Shown here: in pieces, positions 1 through 13,891 of the stretch
Position numbering within the stretch: position 1 is the stretch's first letter
Layout: the number at the start of each line of letters is the position of its first letter
Assembly: GCA_964234715.1 (NCBI GenBank)
Contig: OZ174282.1
Source: Podarcis melisellensis
Lineage: Eukaryota
DNA length: 64,000 bases
Direction: 5' to 3' (one strand)
Position numbers and translations under genes: made by a program
Notes under the pieces: model-generated
Seen by the model: the letters and a program-made list of their open reading frames with translations, nothing else
The model's database searches: none
What the model was told of the DNA's origin: nothing

Positions 1-589
1 TTCTTTGCACAATACACAAGTGACCTGTGGGGAACCAGAACAAATACAAAGACTGGGGCCCATCCAGACTGGTGTTTCATTTACAGTTGCATTATTTAGT
101 CATAGTACATTGGTGATTAATTTATTCTGCTTTAGTCTGTTCCTTGATGGTGCCCCCAATCCTACACACTATTGGTGTTCAGAGAGGTTACAGAGGTACA
201 AAAGTGGGGTCAAAAATAAACTAGAACATTTGTGATTAAAAAAATAATAAGAATTGGGATTTCAGTAGGAAGTTGCTGGATATGCACTGATTAGAAGTGA
301 AACAGTGTGACTATCCCAACTGTTAAAGGGCACAAACAGCAGTGGAAGTGGGATTGTGTGTAACCACCCCAAGAGCAACATAAGAACAATCTTCAACCAT
401 GATAGTTGAATGAGCACAAATTAACAATAGAAGGGATATCTGGAGGAGCCCTAGATACACAAACAAGTATTAAGGGGATTCAAGTGGGCCCATGAAACAA
501 AATGCGTGAAGTGTGTGAAGTGCTTCTGATCAGGATAGCATTCCACTCCAGGAAGGATGCTGCCTTATTCTGAATCAATATCCAGTTTG

Positions 590-710
590 ATATTGTCTGC
601 AGTGACTGGCATCAACTCTCCAAGGTTCAGGCAGGAAGCCTCTCCCAGCGCTACCTGAAGAAGCCATTGGAGATTGAACCTGGGACCTTCTGCATGCAAA
701 GCAGACTCCA
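590..710 (-). mobile_element. Fragment of tRNA-headed SINE with CR1-like tail
   Basis: gattgaacctgggaccttctgcatgcaaagcaga is the reverse complement of a tRNA-like B-box region; same family at 9650-9838, 33120-33290, 58725-58910. Confidence 0.6.
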
Positions 711-2710
711 GCCCACCCTTAATGGATGGCTGGGTTGGGTGGTTGGCATATGAACTGTTGATTTTTCCATTGACTTCTGTGGGTGGTTCTCACTTCTGTT
801 CCTGGGGACATGTAAAAATAGTATAAACCAGGAGATGTCCTAGTGAGACTATGAGATAGTACCAGCTACTCTTTTAATATCTATTTGGATCTCTTCCTGC
901 ATCCTTCTTTTCCAGCTACACTTTCCATCCCCCATCCTTAAGCCAGTTTCCAGCTTTTCTTTTCAGCTATCAGTCCGCATTCCACTCCCAAGTCTGTTGG
1001 TGCCTCGCCACTTGTGCATGACTCTTACAATTTTGGCTACGAAAGCAAAATGGCACTCAATGAAGGGACTCGGAATATAGGCTTGGTGTTACTCCAGTAA
1101 TTCTTTGTGACACTCATTCTCAGTGGATTGCCTGCATGCCATACAAGCTGTACCAATCCTCAAATTACTTCCCACTGTCATTTCCTAACAACAATCTCTG
1201 TTGCAAGAGTGCCCTACTCTTGCCTATCCTGTTTATTCATGTCCCCTGTAGCATGAAGTTATGACTGGAAATAATAGTAGAGATTCTGCTTACTGGCAAA
1301 GAGCTCCACTCAGAACATGAAAGACACCTGAATCTTAGATAAAGCATTTACACTTGAATCTGCTGCACTTGTTCAGGAATGGGAAACCTCTGGTCCATGG
1401 TCAATCTTGACCCATTAGGGGGTTCAATTTGGCCTGGACAGAGCTGCCCACAGAGCTGCCCACCTCCATCATCATAATGTCAGATGATTGACAGGTGGGT
1501 GACCCCACTCACCCACTCATAGGGTGGATGAAATGTTTCCCCCGAGTTTGAGGAAGAGACCTTTCCACCCTCCTCTCTCTGTGCATTCCCTGCATCATCT
1601 TCAAATCTACTCCAGAGAGTTGGGGGACCTCCCACAACAGATTTAGAGGGCATGGAGGGAGAGAGGGAGCAAATTGCATTGCATAGTCAAAAGTCCTTGC
1701 ACTGATGGAACAACATAACTGAATATTCCTCATAGTACATTGAACATTCTTCTTTTTTCTACTTATATTCCTTATGCACAGTTGGGGGGCAGGGGATAGC
1801 CACTAGAAACCTGGGGGTAGTCATATGGTTGCTGTCGTACTTATATACTTGCAGTAACCAATTTTGCACTATTCATATACAGTGCACAAGCATAGGGTAA
1901 AAAGGAAATATATTGTTGAGACTGAAACACGAGCTGCTAATCCTGCCTTGGAAAGTAAGGGTTTATGGCTGGCTTGCTCAAGAATCTAAGTAACAACAGA
2001 GATGAGTAGCACACATATGAGGAAAGATTGCCAGGGCAGACACATAAAGTCAGCTGCCATAGACATGAAAGAAAAGGAACTTTTTAACATTTAATGTTGA
2101 ATCCTCCACTCGTAACACACCATTTTCCATTACAACAACTGGTGACATGCCAAAAGAAGGGTGGAGTGGTCCAAGGCTAAACTTGACTTGCTAGGATTCA
2201 TCTGCTTTCATCTGCAAAACCACAGATCTGGGATGTGTGAAGAGAATTGAGTTTCTGAGGATGCACAGAGTGCCTTTCCTTCTGTAGTGAAGAAGTACAG
2301 CCTGCTTAAACATCCCTAAGACTACAGGGCAGGGCTTTCATGTTACATGTTACAGGTTTCAGGTTTCAGGTTACAGGATGTGGTTTCCATCAGATTGCAA
2401 TTCTAACTTACTTGGGACATGCTTTTAAAAAAAAGTGCTGGGGGAAATCCTAAAATCTAAGTGTATAAAATTTCCCCTGCTCTAAACAGGCATCAGGACT
2501 GAAAGCCAAGATCAAACCAATCCTGCTGTCATACAATTTACAACATATCCAAAACATGTCCAAAATATTCCTGATGTGCAAAAGTCAAAGATGTTTAATT
2601 AAAATTGACCAGAATCCATCTTCTGTCTCCGTGCTTTGAAAAAGAAAAAAAGAAGTCAATTCTTCAGCTAAATTTGAAGATTAAATATGATTAAAATTTC
2701 TGTAGAATGT

Positions 2711-2936
2711 CTAGGTTTTCTGGAATAGACTATTCCAGCCATCAAAATATTGATAGTCATTGGTAAATGACTTCTGGTGTTTAATCAATGTTATTTTTTT
2801 ATCATCCAATTTTTCCTTCAAGTCAGCTTTGAACACTAAACTGCATTTCATCAAGGTTGGTAAAATGTTTAGAAAGGAACAGATGTCAGAATATGGGGAT
2901 TGCCAATAACACTGATGGAATCCAGTAATTTCTTTC
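2711..2936 (-). CDS. Putative terminal coding exon of an unidentified host gene (…W|KEITGFHQCYWQSPYSDICSFLNILPTLMKCSLVFKADLKEKLDDKKITLIKHQKSFTNDYQYFDGWNSLFQKT*)
   Basis: Minus-strand acceptor ttcttttgcctttggacag|G (AG at 2938-2937). 226 nt to TAG at 2713-2711 = 1 nt + 75 codons, the frame of track ORF 2711..2971. Phase matches the phase-2 donor of exon 34377-34473 (TG|G = Trp). Possible ATTAAA at 2599-2594. Confidence 0.6.
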
Positions 2937-4960
2937 CTGTCCAAAGGCAAAAGAATGAAGAATAATCTCAACTGTATACAATAATAGAAGATTTACTGCA
3001 ACATTAATGGCTATAAAAAAATAAAAGTACATAAAAGCTATCTCCATTTTTTCAAGCCATCACTAAGGGCAGTGTTTTTCAATTTAAGGCAATTTTCACA
3101 TCAAAACAAAAGGGGCTATGTATTTTTAAGCCTTAAATATCTATAAACTGCAGCTGATGCTTCAGACTAATGTATTTGTTGTTCCCAACTATACATTAAA
3201 CAATTGTATGGGGTAATAATTGATGCTAAACCTCCCAAAATGTAGAGGCAATCTCTTCTTTAAGAATGCTCCTCTGCTTGTTGTTGGCAAATTGTACCAT
3301 TTACATAAGAGTTTGCTTGAACAAGAAACATAAATATAGATAAAACCCTTAGGACTTTATTCTTTTAAAACTGCCCTCTAAAAATCTGCCCTGCAATTTG
3401 CAAAGTGAGTTTTCTGCAGACTATTCTTGGAAGCCTTTTGTGAAATAGGGGGAAACTGACTCAAAGCAAGGACTGGTTAATCACGATTTTGCAATCATCC
3501 TCATATTGTAAAGTTCAGCATCCAAACGTACGGACAGTATTAAAGAAGAAACAAAATAAAGGAAAGAGTCTAGGAAAAGAGGTGGGGTGCATGAACCAGT
3601 AAAGTATGGTTTTGCAACAAATATAGATGCATTTTAAATGATTCATCGGGGCAATGTGCCATGTTTCTGCACATGAATTAAGGCCACTGCATGAGCATGA
3701 AACTGCCTGGGAGAGGGGCAGGGAAGGAATTCCAACAGTGCTTGTACAAGCAGTTCTGGCCCACAAATAGAAATCCAAAGCTCCATCCACATGGGCAGTG
3801 GGATCATGGAGACAGGCCTACCTACCAGCAACCTCCACACATTCATCAGAGCCTATGCAGGCACCTCTTGTAAACCAGGAGTGGGGAACTTCAGACCTGG
3901 TGGGCAACTAAGGCCCTTGGGACTCTCCCTAGGCATGCCCCCTCCCCAGGTCACATCCCTCACTGGTCCTGCTCCTTCTGCACCTTCTTCAAGGTCTTTG
4001 GTCTAGCTGGAGCCTGCCCTTCATCTTGCTTTCATGGATGGAGAGATGTGCACACACGTGTTTCCTCATGGGAATAGGGACATTCTATTCTAAAGCGAAT
4101 AAAATGTCCCAATTTTCATACGGAATGTTGGAGGGTATGCATAATCTAAATGGAAACATCTGCCTTTGCATAGGTAGAAGGTAGCCTACAGTACAAAAAG
4201 TAGAAGTCCTATCTCTTGCTCCACCCACTTTTGCCTCTGGCCCCTCCCACTGCTGGCTATGTGTCCCCTGGAAGACTGCCCATGATGGAATGCTGCCCTC
4301 AGGCAGAAAATGATTCCCCACCTCTGATACAACATCTCCTAAATTGCCAAGGGGCGGGGAGGTGTTCTCACCAGGCTCTCCCTAGACAACCAGAAACCCT
4401 GTTTTTGCAGCTTTGCTAATCCCTTCATTGTATGTTGAAACTGTACTGATTGAAACTGTACTTTAATGTAATGACAGAATACGAGGTATATAAATATTTG
4501 CAGATCAATTAGCCACACGACGCTACCATATAAAAATGGCAAAACTTTGGTTGATGAGTGCAAGGGATCACTGCAAAAAGAGAGAGGAAGCCCTGGTCTA
4601 TCTGCCTCTATCCTCACCTAATTGCACTGTATGAACATATTATTACACTTAAGAAATGTTTTAAAGAAGCAGTGCTAAACTGGGGGTGTGGGGTGGATGC
4701 CTTGGAACTCGCCCTCCATGGGCAGATAGAGATGTCCATGGTCAGGAAGGAAGTCTGTTGATGGAGATCAGCATGGAAGGATCTGTCCATTTTGGTTCAT
4801 CCTGTCCATGAGGTTTGACTTGGGTAGATTAACTTGGGTATCCCCATGTGTATTTTTATCAATTTAAATGGGGAAGCAGACACACTGTTTATTTAAGGTA
4901 GGCTGAAAATATGTGTATCAGAGGAAAAGATGTGTATCAAATCTGGAGTAAGAAACATAT

Positions 4961-5314
4961 TAAAGGTAAAGGGACCCCTGACCGTTAGGTCCAGTTGTGA
5001 ACGACTCTGGGGTTGTGGCGCTCATCTCGCTTTACTGGCCGAGGGAGCTGGCATACAGCTTCCGGGTCATGTGACCAGAATGACTAAGCTGCTTCTGGCA
5101 AAACCAGAGCAGCGCACGGAAACACCTTTACCTTCCCATCGGAGCGGTACCTATTTATCTACTTGCACTTTTTGGCGTGCTTTCAAACTGCTAGGTCAGC
5201 AGGAGCTGAGACCGAGCAACGGGAGCTTACCCCATCGCGGGGATTAGAACTGCCGACCTTCTGATCGGCAAGTCCTAGGCTCTGTGGTTCACAGCACAGT
5301 GCCACCCACGTCCC
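4961..5314 (-). mobile_element. Sauria SINE, full length
   Basis: (ACCTTT)n tail read as taaaggtaaagg on +; tRNA-like head ends at gccacccacgtccc; 14-bp TSD taagaaa(c/t)atatta at 4949-4962 and 5317-5330. Confidence 0.9.
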
Positions 5315-6301
5315 TTTAAGAAATATATTACCAGATGTAAATAGAAGTCATCTGAAATGTTGGATGTCTACCCTTCCTCCTCAGCTTCTCCTCAAACCAA
5401 TCGGAGGCTAATATAACTTCATTTCATTAGAAGGCAGAGCCAAATTAAAACTCCCCCTCTCTTAAGATGTTACTGTAACTGCTAAAAATTAATATAAAAT
5501 GAAAGACCTTCATCTAGTTGTTTTGTCTTATCATTTGCAAGAGCAACTTGCCAAAACCATCTTTTTCAGAGCTCACAGAGATAGGCTGAAATTCATGAAA
5601 AATATTTTCCATTATCAATGTAATTACAGATGACAAGAACTTTCCTTTGGAATTCAAAAGTAACAATGTCTGTCTTGATTACTGGCCCGCTCTTTCGAGT
5701 CCTCTTCATATGGACACAAGTTGCAAACAGTGGAAACCCTGTTTTCATTATGCCAATCTTCACAAAGGTCAAGTTTTTTCTTTTCACTTCAAACATTCCA
5801 GTAGTTGCTTAGACGGCAATTCAGGAATTTTGTGTAATGTTGCTCAACAAAGCAAATATTTATATTAGTAAATACCACTAAATTATTGCACGCATGCAGG
5901 TAGTCTTTACTAAAGAAAGAGAGAGAGATGTGGTACTGGCAATTGAAATGACAGCATGCAAGAAAGACACATAATGGTTTGTTTAAAAAATAAAACATAA
6001 TACATTGGTAGAACGTGTTAGCTTCAAAGTACCTTGAAGCTGAAACCTGAAAAGACAGAGGTGTTGTGTGTCCTGAGTTTTCAAGTCCAGGAGGTAGGGA
6101 GACCTGGAGGACCTGAGCCTCCCTGGAAGTAGCAGGTTTGCAGTTGGCGGGTAGTCCTAGATCCAAAATTGTCACATGAGGATCAGGTGGCCTCAGTGGC
6201 TAGAGTGCTGGTTTGTCAGCTATGACCCCTTTTGGACACAGACGACCTGCCCACTGTACTCCATGTTCTAGTAATTCCAGACTGGAGTTTCGTAATGTGC
6301 T

Positions 6302-6480
6302 CTAAGAGGACAAGAAGAGTCCTGCTGAATCAGGCGAACGGCCCATTATCCTTTTCTCACAGTGGCCAACCAAATTCCTCTGCAAAACCAGCAAGTAGGA
6401 TTTAAGCACAAGAGCACTCTCCCCTCCTATGGTTTCCCAGTCAATGGTATTTAGAAGCATTGCTGCCTCCCACTCTGTGT
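6302..6480 (-). mobile_element. CR1 LINE 3' UTR fragment
   Basis: Resembles the CR1 3' ends at 12750-13000 and 28972-29260 (ctcacagtggccaacc, gcacaagagcactctc). Confidence 0.6.
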
Positions 6481-6489
6481 GGAACTGAC

Positions 6490-6675
6490 CTTGAAGACAA
6501 CTCAGAAACTTCAATTATCCTAAAATGCAGCAGCCAGATTCCTGGTTGTGGTTCCATTTAGGTCTCATATAACCCCTGTTTTAAAACAGCTGCATTGGTT
6601 GCCAATTTGTTTCCAGGCTCAGTTAAAGGTAGTCACATTAGCGTTTAAAACCCTAAATGGTATGGGCCCTAAATA
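6490..6675 (+). mobile_element. L2 LINE ORF2 3' fragment
   Basis: Degenerate NAAAR…LHWLPI…AQ.K motif (aatgcagcagccaga…ctgcattggttgccaatt). Confidence 0.55.
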
Positions 6676-7116
6676 TTTGAATAGTATTATGAATAGCAAT
6701 CGTCATCGTGGTTATCACTGATACAAGCAACCTTAGTCATGGTCTATTTAGCAAGTTTTTTAACTCCCAGGGAACATCAGTCATGCACTGTACATCTTTC
6801 CCATGGGACAATTCCATGAAGGAGTGGGTGGGCCAAGGGGCACAGCCCAACAGCACGCCATGGCAGATGGTGGCAGTGCCAACACAATCCAAATTCAGAT
6901 ATGCTACACATAGAAGGAGTGTCCTATGATTTCAGGCAAGTGGGTGACTCCTGTTGACAAAAAAAGCTACAGATTAGAAAGCAAATGAAACCCACAATCA
7001 CTATGTAGTATTTATACAATTAGAGGACATGAGTCCTGTTTTGCAGCTGAGTAATACTGAGAAACAAGCAAACAAACTACCCAAGACTGGTCATGACAGA
7101 AAATTATTAAGCAGAA

Positions 7117-7117
<1 letters not shown>

Positions 7118-7161
<44 letters not shown>
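7118..7161. repeat. (TTA)n microsatellite
   Basis: Directly visible; gives the poly-Ile run in ORF 7107..7298. Confidence 0.95.
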
Positions 7162-8149
7162 TTGATAGCAGCCTTTGAGCAAATGCAAAGTACTTCATCC
7201 TCACTGCTGGAAAACCCCTGTGATACAGGATTTCTGGGTAACAAAAAAGGTGTATGCCAGATGCCAATCAGGAGGCGTGCCAATGTGAGCAATGCCACTC
7301 CAAAACAGGGGGATTTATCTAAGTTCTATTCAGAACAGACCCATTGAAATCAATGGACCTAAGTTAGTCATGCTCATTAATTTCAGTGGTTCTACTCTGA
7401 GTAGAACTAGCACTGGATGCAACCTAGGCAATGGTAACTAAACAAGTGGGATGAATTTGGGGAGAAATTATGTATGCCTCTTAACCCCCACGTTTTGCTG
7501 AGATTTCTCATTTGACAACTCTTGGCCCAGTTCTGTGAAAATCAGCATCTGTAAATAGATCTACTCCCTCCATGTTAGCTGCCAGCTTAGCTGAGAGGAA
7601 GCACTTAGTGGGAAGCACTCAGGCCCTGGGTCTTAAAAATCTGAATTAACATTCTATTCTGCATACAAAGGGGAGATCATATCATCTACTGCATTTCCTC
7701 TTTTACACAATGAGCTGACCCTAAGAACTCGCCTGATTCTAGAATAGTTTGGAAAGAGAAAGGCATTCATTCTTCCAAAGCTGGAGTGGGGGGACGGGGG
7801 GGGGGACTGGGTTCTGCTTTCCTTAATGGGGGCTTTTCCCATCTTGAGGAACCTGGGGAAGTAGAGGGAATCTCCTTTAAACAAAGACCACTGGGTTATT
7901 GTGTTTTGTATTCTTTTCTTATCCCTTGAGTTACCCTCTAATTCTGATGACCCATTACAGAGGGGATTCTGCCAGTGGACAGGTGAGCTTTAATGTTGCA
8001 CAACAGAGGAATTTTATGCAACAGTTGTCCTAGCAGAAACTTGCCAAGCTAACTGTTGAACCACAAAGCCACCAACACCCTGCTTATGCATTCCCTTGCA
8101 TAATAATATTCTGCTGGTGCAAAACATTTGTCTGTGTTGGAATCTCATG

Positions 8150-8390
8150 CACACTATCTATCCAAAGCACCACAAATTCGCTTGAACAGTCATGCTGTTT
8201 CCCAAAGAATCATGGGAAGTGTAGTTTGTTAAGGGTGCTGAGAGTAATTCAGAGACTCCTATTTCCATCATTAAACTTTCCCAGAGCTGTTTAGCAATCA
8301 ATCCCTCTTCCTGGAGTGGTCAAGGATTGTAGCCCTGTGAGGGGAAAAGGGGCCCACCTAACAACTTTCAGTTTAAATGTGTGTGTATTG
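8150..8390. mobile_element. Non-autonomous DNA transposon (MITE) copy
   Basis: Shared core cccaaagaatc.tgggaagtgtagtttgttaagggtgctgagag, also at ~21810-21980, 50035-50150 (reverse), 52150-52390, 59320-59470. Confidence 0.55.
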
Positions 8391-8443
8391 ATACCTGCTA
8401 AACCCATTGCAGCCTGCTGAGATACATGCCACCTAAAAAAAAA

Positions 8444-8815
8444 AAGGTAAAGGACCCCTGACAGTTAAGTCCAGTCGCAGACAACTCTAGTGTTGCGGCG
8501 CTCATCTCGCTTTATAGGCCAAGGGAGCTGGCGTTTGTCCACTCCGCAGGCAGTTTTCCGGGTCATGTGGCCAGCATGACTAAGCCGCTTCTGGTGCAAT
8601 GGAACACCAAAACCGGAGCAGCGCACGGAAATGCCGTTTACCTTCCCGCTGGAGCAGTACCTATTTATCTACTTGCACTTTTTGGCAGGCTTTCAAACTG
8701 CTAGGTTGGCAGGAGCTGGGACCGAGCAATGGGAGCTCACCCCATTGCAGGGATTAGAATTGCCAACCTTCTGATCGGCAAGTGCAAGAGGCTCAGTGGT
8801 TTAGACCAGAGCACC
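8444..8815 (-). mobile_element. Sauria SINE
   Basis: Colinear with 4961-5314 (aaaggtaaaggacccctgacagttaagtccagtc…). Confidence 0.9.
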
Positions 8816-9649
8816 CCCTACACTGACATGACAACCTAGAAGGCTGATATACTGCCTATTTCCAAGTGCCTGGAAAGAAGCATAACCCATCTTTCAGAGA
8901 AGCACTTGAAATGATCAGGAGGCTCTGAGCTTGGATCTGTACCCAAACTGCACAATTAATGCCAGGGACTATAAAGACTAACTCTGAAAATTCTTCAAGT
9001 GCTGAGGGGAATCCAGCCCATCCAATCCCTGGCTCCTTTCTATTTGCTGTCTAATTCCACTTTTAATTGCACCATTTTGCTTTCAGAGCAATATATTCCC
9101 TGAGAATCTTTGTGAGACCTGAATGTACAATCAGTCCCCATGCTAAAAAGGCAGGTGTCATGGACGCACTAAGCTATAATAGCATCTTCCAAACTATGAA
9201 AGAATTTTTAATACATAGATTGCTTCCCCGATAGCCTGCAATGGCTCCTCTGGAACCATTATATGCTCTTAGGTCGCACTAGAGCCATATCTGCACGCTA
9301 AGTAGGCACACAGAAAGTCATTTCAGAGATTGGTGATTAAAAAAAATAAAAATAATTACTCCACACAAGACAGGACTTCAATGAAGAGAGAAAAATAATT
9401 ACAGGGACTTCATGGTTTAAAATCTGGCAGTTTTTATGACCTCCATTGTGAAAAGGAATTGCAGCATCAAGCAGAAGGTTTGTAATCTTCCCCACATTAT
9501 CACAAGGTACTAAAATCTGGTGGGGCAGTGTGGTGTAGTGGTTAGTGTGTCAAATTCTCACTGTGCCTTGAAGCTCACTGGCTTCAAATTTCTATTCAGC
9601 CCTGAAGCTCACAGGGCAACCTTGGTTCATATCACCCTCACAAAGATGG

Positions 9650-9838
9650 CTGGTAGGAACACATGAAGCTGCCTAGCACTATTGGTCCATCTAGCACAGT
9701 AAGCTGACCGGAAGTGGATCTCCAGGGTTTCAGGCAGGGTTCTCCCACTACTGTACCTGGAGATGCCATTTGGGATGGAACCTGGGACATTCTGCATGCA
9801 AGGTGAATGATCTACCACTGAACCACAGCCCTTCCCCA
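9650..9838 (-). mobile_element. tRNA-headed SINE with CR1-like tail
   Basis: gaagctgcc…ctccagggtttcaggcagg…gaacctgggacattctgcatgcaag…ctaccactga. Confidence 0.6.
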
Positions 9839-10664
9839 CTAAGTTCCTCTTCACCTTTATTTTATTTTGTTCGTCCTCTGAGCACATTTTGTTTTCTCCT
9901 TTTTGGGTTACTTCGTGCTCTCAGAAGAAAGAGAAGAAAACCACTCTGAACAAATGCAACTAACTTATTTGCAATATTTGGACACTTCCAATCTGGAGTG
10001 GCTTTTCTTAAGGCTGAGCTATATAACCTTCTGCTAAATGACTGCAAAAAGACTATCATTGAAATCTTTAATTACACCACAGTCCCAGCCTATATTCTTA
10101 TTTGCAGTTTGGTTGAAGGAAAATTATAGAACTTTAGGGGGTATTTTATTTATGAAATCTAGTGGGGGGGGTAAGAAAGCATCAGAAGCGTCAATTCTGC
10201 ATCAGATAATGAGAAATGTATTTTTCCTAACCAGTTTTCAGCCCCTGCAAGCTGATGATATGACTGTTTGCTTCTGGCCCATTATCTGAGCACTTGAACC
10301 CTGGATAACAATGAGTTCATACAGAAGAAAAGTGCTAAGCTTTAATTGTATGTATTTAGTCACGCAAACAGAAGCAATGGCCTGAGAATGGCTAGTTAGC
10401 CAGTGACAGCTTTTAGCTATAGAACTGGCTCCGAAAAGCTATTACAAATTGTACTGATCTATTCAGGGCCATGGCAGGGGAAAAGCAAACCCACCCACCC
10501 CCCGCTTTTAACCTGGTGGCTGCAGTAAGTTTTGTTTTGTTTCCTTTAAATATATCCATATAGATATATAGGTGTGCAATTCCCACCACCCACTAATTTT
10601 GTTCTAGTAAACATCATTAAAAATTTGAAGACACTGGAAGAATGTGCGGTTTATGTTCAAAAAA

Positions 10665-10804
10665 NNNNNNNNNNNNNNNNNNNNNNNNNNNNNNNNNNNN
10701 NNNNNNNNNNNNNNNNNNNNNNNNNNNNNNNNNNNNNNNNNNNNNNNNNNNNNNNNNNNNNNNNNNNNNNNNNNNNNNNNNNNNNNNNNNNNNNNNNNNN
10801 NNNN
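10665..10804. other. N-run (140 nt)
   Basis: Directly visible. Confidence 0.99.
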
Positions 10805-12016
10805 CACCATCTGGGCTCATTTTCCAAAAGGGAGAAAAACAACCCTTGGTTAAGAATGCTCTAGAACAAATAAGTTGAAAATGTTTGAAAATAAACGGCA
10901 GGGTCAGAGAAACTTTATAATAAAATTGAAAAGGAGTATAACCACAGTATTTTATTTTATTTTATTGTTTTAAAAGACAACAGTGTGAGGCTCATATACT
11001 TAATTCTGTTTCACAGTCTAGAGTTTTAAAAAGCAAAACACCTATGGCCTAAACATGACATGTGAACTGCAAGCAAACAAATTTCTTTAACGGATAGCAG
11101 GCTATTTTTCTTGGAAAGCATTTCCAAATATCCTTCTTATTTGAAAAAGTTGATCCTGCTTGCAGAACAGCACAGTAGTGAAAATACCCTTTGAATCGGA
11201 ACATTTAAATTTTGCGGAAAACACTATGTAGTGCCCCATAGTTGTCATTTGGCAACTACTGAAGCTTTCCATCTGCTGGGGATGAGTTTCATTAAAATAT
11301 GTAACATGGATACACAACCATGGGGTTTAAAATGTTGTTCTGACTTGATTAATCTTACACATGCACTGTGCCTCTTTAAGCACTTTTAGGGTTCCACTGC
11401 TTCACCCCAATTCTGCATCTTATTGTGCTTATATTGTTTTGGGGAAGTCTCATTCCATAAATAATGTGCACCAGCGGATAAAAGTTTTTTTTTTAATTTT
11501 ATTTTAAGAAGTACCAAGAATTAGACACTGGTGTTACAAACGCTACCCTGCACAATGAATAACAATTAATCAAATTGTAAAACACTACAAGAACTCACAA
11601 TACGCAAATAGCAGAGGAAAAGATAAATTGATTTTTGCAGCGGCTTTGCTCCTTTTCAGTAGCACGACTGTGTGAAAAATACCAGTTTAAAAAGTGTGCT
11701 GAGGCAGCAAAACCATTTAATACTTCACAAACAGTTATCTAAGCCAATGTCCAATAGCTAGACAGTACTGTAATGTGACCTACATAAAAACAAAATCATT
11801 TTTATACACGGGAAAGGACCAGGCATTTATCCACTTGATAATAGTTAAAACAATGAGCTCAAATGCATTTTTGTTATTATATATTCTATTATTAAAATGT
11901 GTGTTTTTGTAAAAGCTAAGCCAAGTGAAAGACTGAAATTAGGAAACCTCCCAGTATATCTCTTTGTTCCATTAAGGCACTGGATTGTGTGCCCCACAAC
12001 TCTTCTGCCGATCCAT

Positions 12017-12066
12017 CATAACTTTGCACTTCTAGCCAATAACTTTGCACTTCTAGCCCATAACTT
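12017..12066. repeat. 21-bp tandem duplication (ataactttgcacttctagcc(a/c)) x~2.3
   Basis: Directly visible; HNFALLANNFALLAHNF in ORF 11897..12115. Confidence 0.85.
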
Positions 12067-12145
12067 CATTGACAAAAACCCTTCTTCAAAAACTAGCAAA
12101 AGTCTTGTTCTTTAACATCAAACATGGGACACAATCCATTTAGCT

Positions 12146-12320
12146 GAGAACCAGTGTGGTATAGTGGTTAGTGTCTGAGTAGGTCCTGGAAGACCAGGGT
12201 TCAAATCCCCCTACTCAGCTGCACAGAGCTGTTGTGTGGGATTAAACAAGGAGGGGTAAAACCATCTATGTCATCCAGCACCTTGGAGAAAAAGGTTCGA
12301 TATAAATGCAAACAACCACA
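12146..12320 (+). mobile_element. Old tRNA-derived CORE/L2-type SINE fragment
   Basis: A-box-like gtggtatagtggttag and B-box-like ggttcaaatcc. Confidence 0.5.
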
Positions 12321-12347
12321 ATCAACACAACAACTTGATTTCATGGG

Positions 12348-12736
12348 AAAGGTAAAGGTAAAGGTAAACGGACCCTTGACAGTTAAGTCCAGTCACGAAC
12401 GACTCTGGGGTTGCGGTGCTCATCACATTTTACAGACCGAGGGAGCCGACGTTTGTCCACTCCGCAGACAGTTTTCCAGGTCATGTGGCCAGCATAACTA
12501 AGCCACTTCTGGTGCAACGGAACAGTGACACCAGAGCAGCTCATGGAAACACTGTTTACCTTCCCGCCGGAGCGGTACCTATTAATCTACTTGCACTTTT
12601 TGGCATGCTTTCGAACTGCTAGATTGGCAGGAGCTGGGACTAAGCAATGGGAGCTCACTCCGTTGCGGGGATTCGAACCACGACCTTTGGATCGGAAAGC
12701 CCTAGGCAAGCCCTAGGTTTAGAGCACAGCGCCACC
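12348..12736 (-). mobile_element. Sauria SINE
   Basis: (aaaggt)x3 tail; colinear with the other copies. Confidence 0.9.
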
Positions 12737-12749
12737 AGCAGGTGGAAGG

Positions 12750-13000
12750 AGGATTAGACAAATTCATGGAGGATAAAACCAACAATGGCTACTAGCCATT
12801 GTTGGCTATGTTCTGCCTCTACCATCAGAGGCAGTAATGCTTCCAAATACCAGTTGATGTAAACCACAGGAGAGGAGGGTGCTGCTGCACTCAGATCCTG
12901 CTTTGGGGCTTCCCATAAGCATCTGGTTGGCCACTGTGAGAACACAATGTTGGACTAAGGGCGTCACTGGCCTGATCTAGCAGGCTCTTTTTATGTTATT
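12750..13000 (+). mobile_element. CR1 LINE 3' end
   Basis: ORF2 end GLDKFMED (ggattagacaaattcatggaggat) followed by 3' UTR ending gctctttttatgtt. Confidence 0.75.
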
Positions 13001-13891
13001 GTGAGTCTATATTAAGAGCGAGTTGGCTGAACCACATTTCACCATTATAATGGTGGCAGTAGGTTGTACAGTTAGAAAATGGTTTGATGGACTGAGAGAG
13101 GTAGTTTTGAGGATGGACCTTCCTTTATTAGTGTCCCTTTAAGATCACAACCAGAAGCCAAAGATAACCCTTTAACAAACTGAGCCAGAGAAAGAGAGAA
13201 CTCCCCGGTTCTCTCCTGAAAATACTCTGAATTGCATATTACTGAAAAGACCACAAAATTAATACCAAAATACTGGATTTACTGTTCATCTTCCCAAACA
13301 ACACTGGGGATGATGATGATGAAGTGTTTTAATGCACTTATGAAATATAATGCAAAAGATTTCAGTGATGACTAAATATCATAGAATGAAGATACAAATG
13401 AAGCCAGTTGATGAGAAATGATGTCTTTAAACAAGAATGTTTCAAATGCAGATGATCTGGAAGAACAATGCCTAATAAATCCATTGATGACAAAGAGACT
13501 TGGGACTTTAGTCATCAAATCCACTTATGAAGTTGGTTGTAACTTACAAGAATACCTCTTGAGTATTTCTCATATAAACTCAGTACATTGTTCAAATCCC
13601 GTTCTCTATCTCTCTCTCTGATTTTGTACCATGGCCTGTATTAATTCATATAATCTATATTATATAGTGGATGCATACACTAGCCTGCTTGTGTAGGCAC
13701 ACAAAACACACAGTGTCCTCCTAACGCTTATAAAATTGCCAAATGATCACGGTGACACCACACCCGACAAACGATTCAACAGAAGCAAGCAACTAAGTCA
13801 AAGTAATAAGTAATAAAAAGTGCATTTTTAAAAGAGAGGGAGCTGTGTTAAATGTTTCCTTCTCTTTAAAATACTTATTTCATTAAAAAAT

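Noticed and set aside
5593-5868. Three overlapping ORFs and a possible plus-strand acceptor (taattacag|ATG)
   Set aside because: Poor polypyrimidine tract, no recognisable protein, no partner exon; may be non-coding conserved or chance.
7944-7970. CTGATGA-CCC…GGG resembling a hammerhead 5' core
   Set aside because: The required GAAA box is absent (GATT follows).
9862-10059. Minus-strand ORF with a tttttgcag acceptor
   Set aside because: No convincing donor, and its open frame is not phase-compatible with the called upstream exon.
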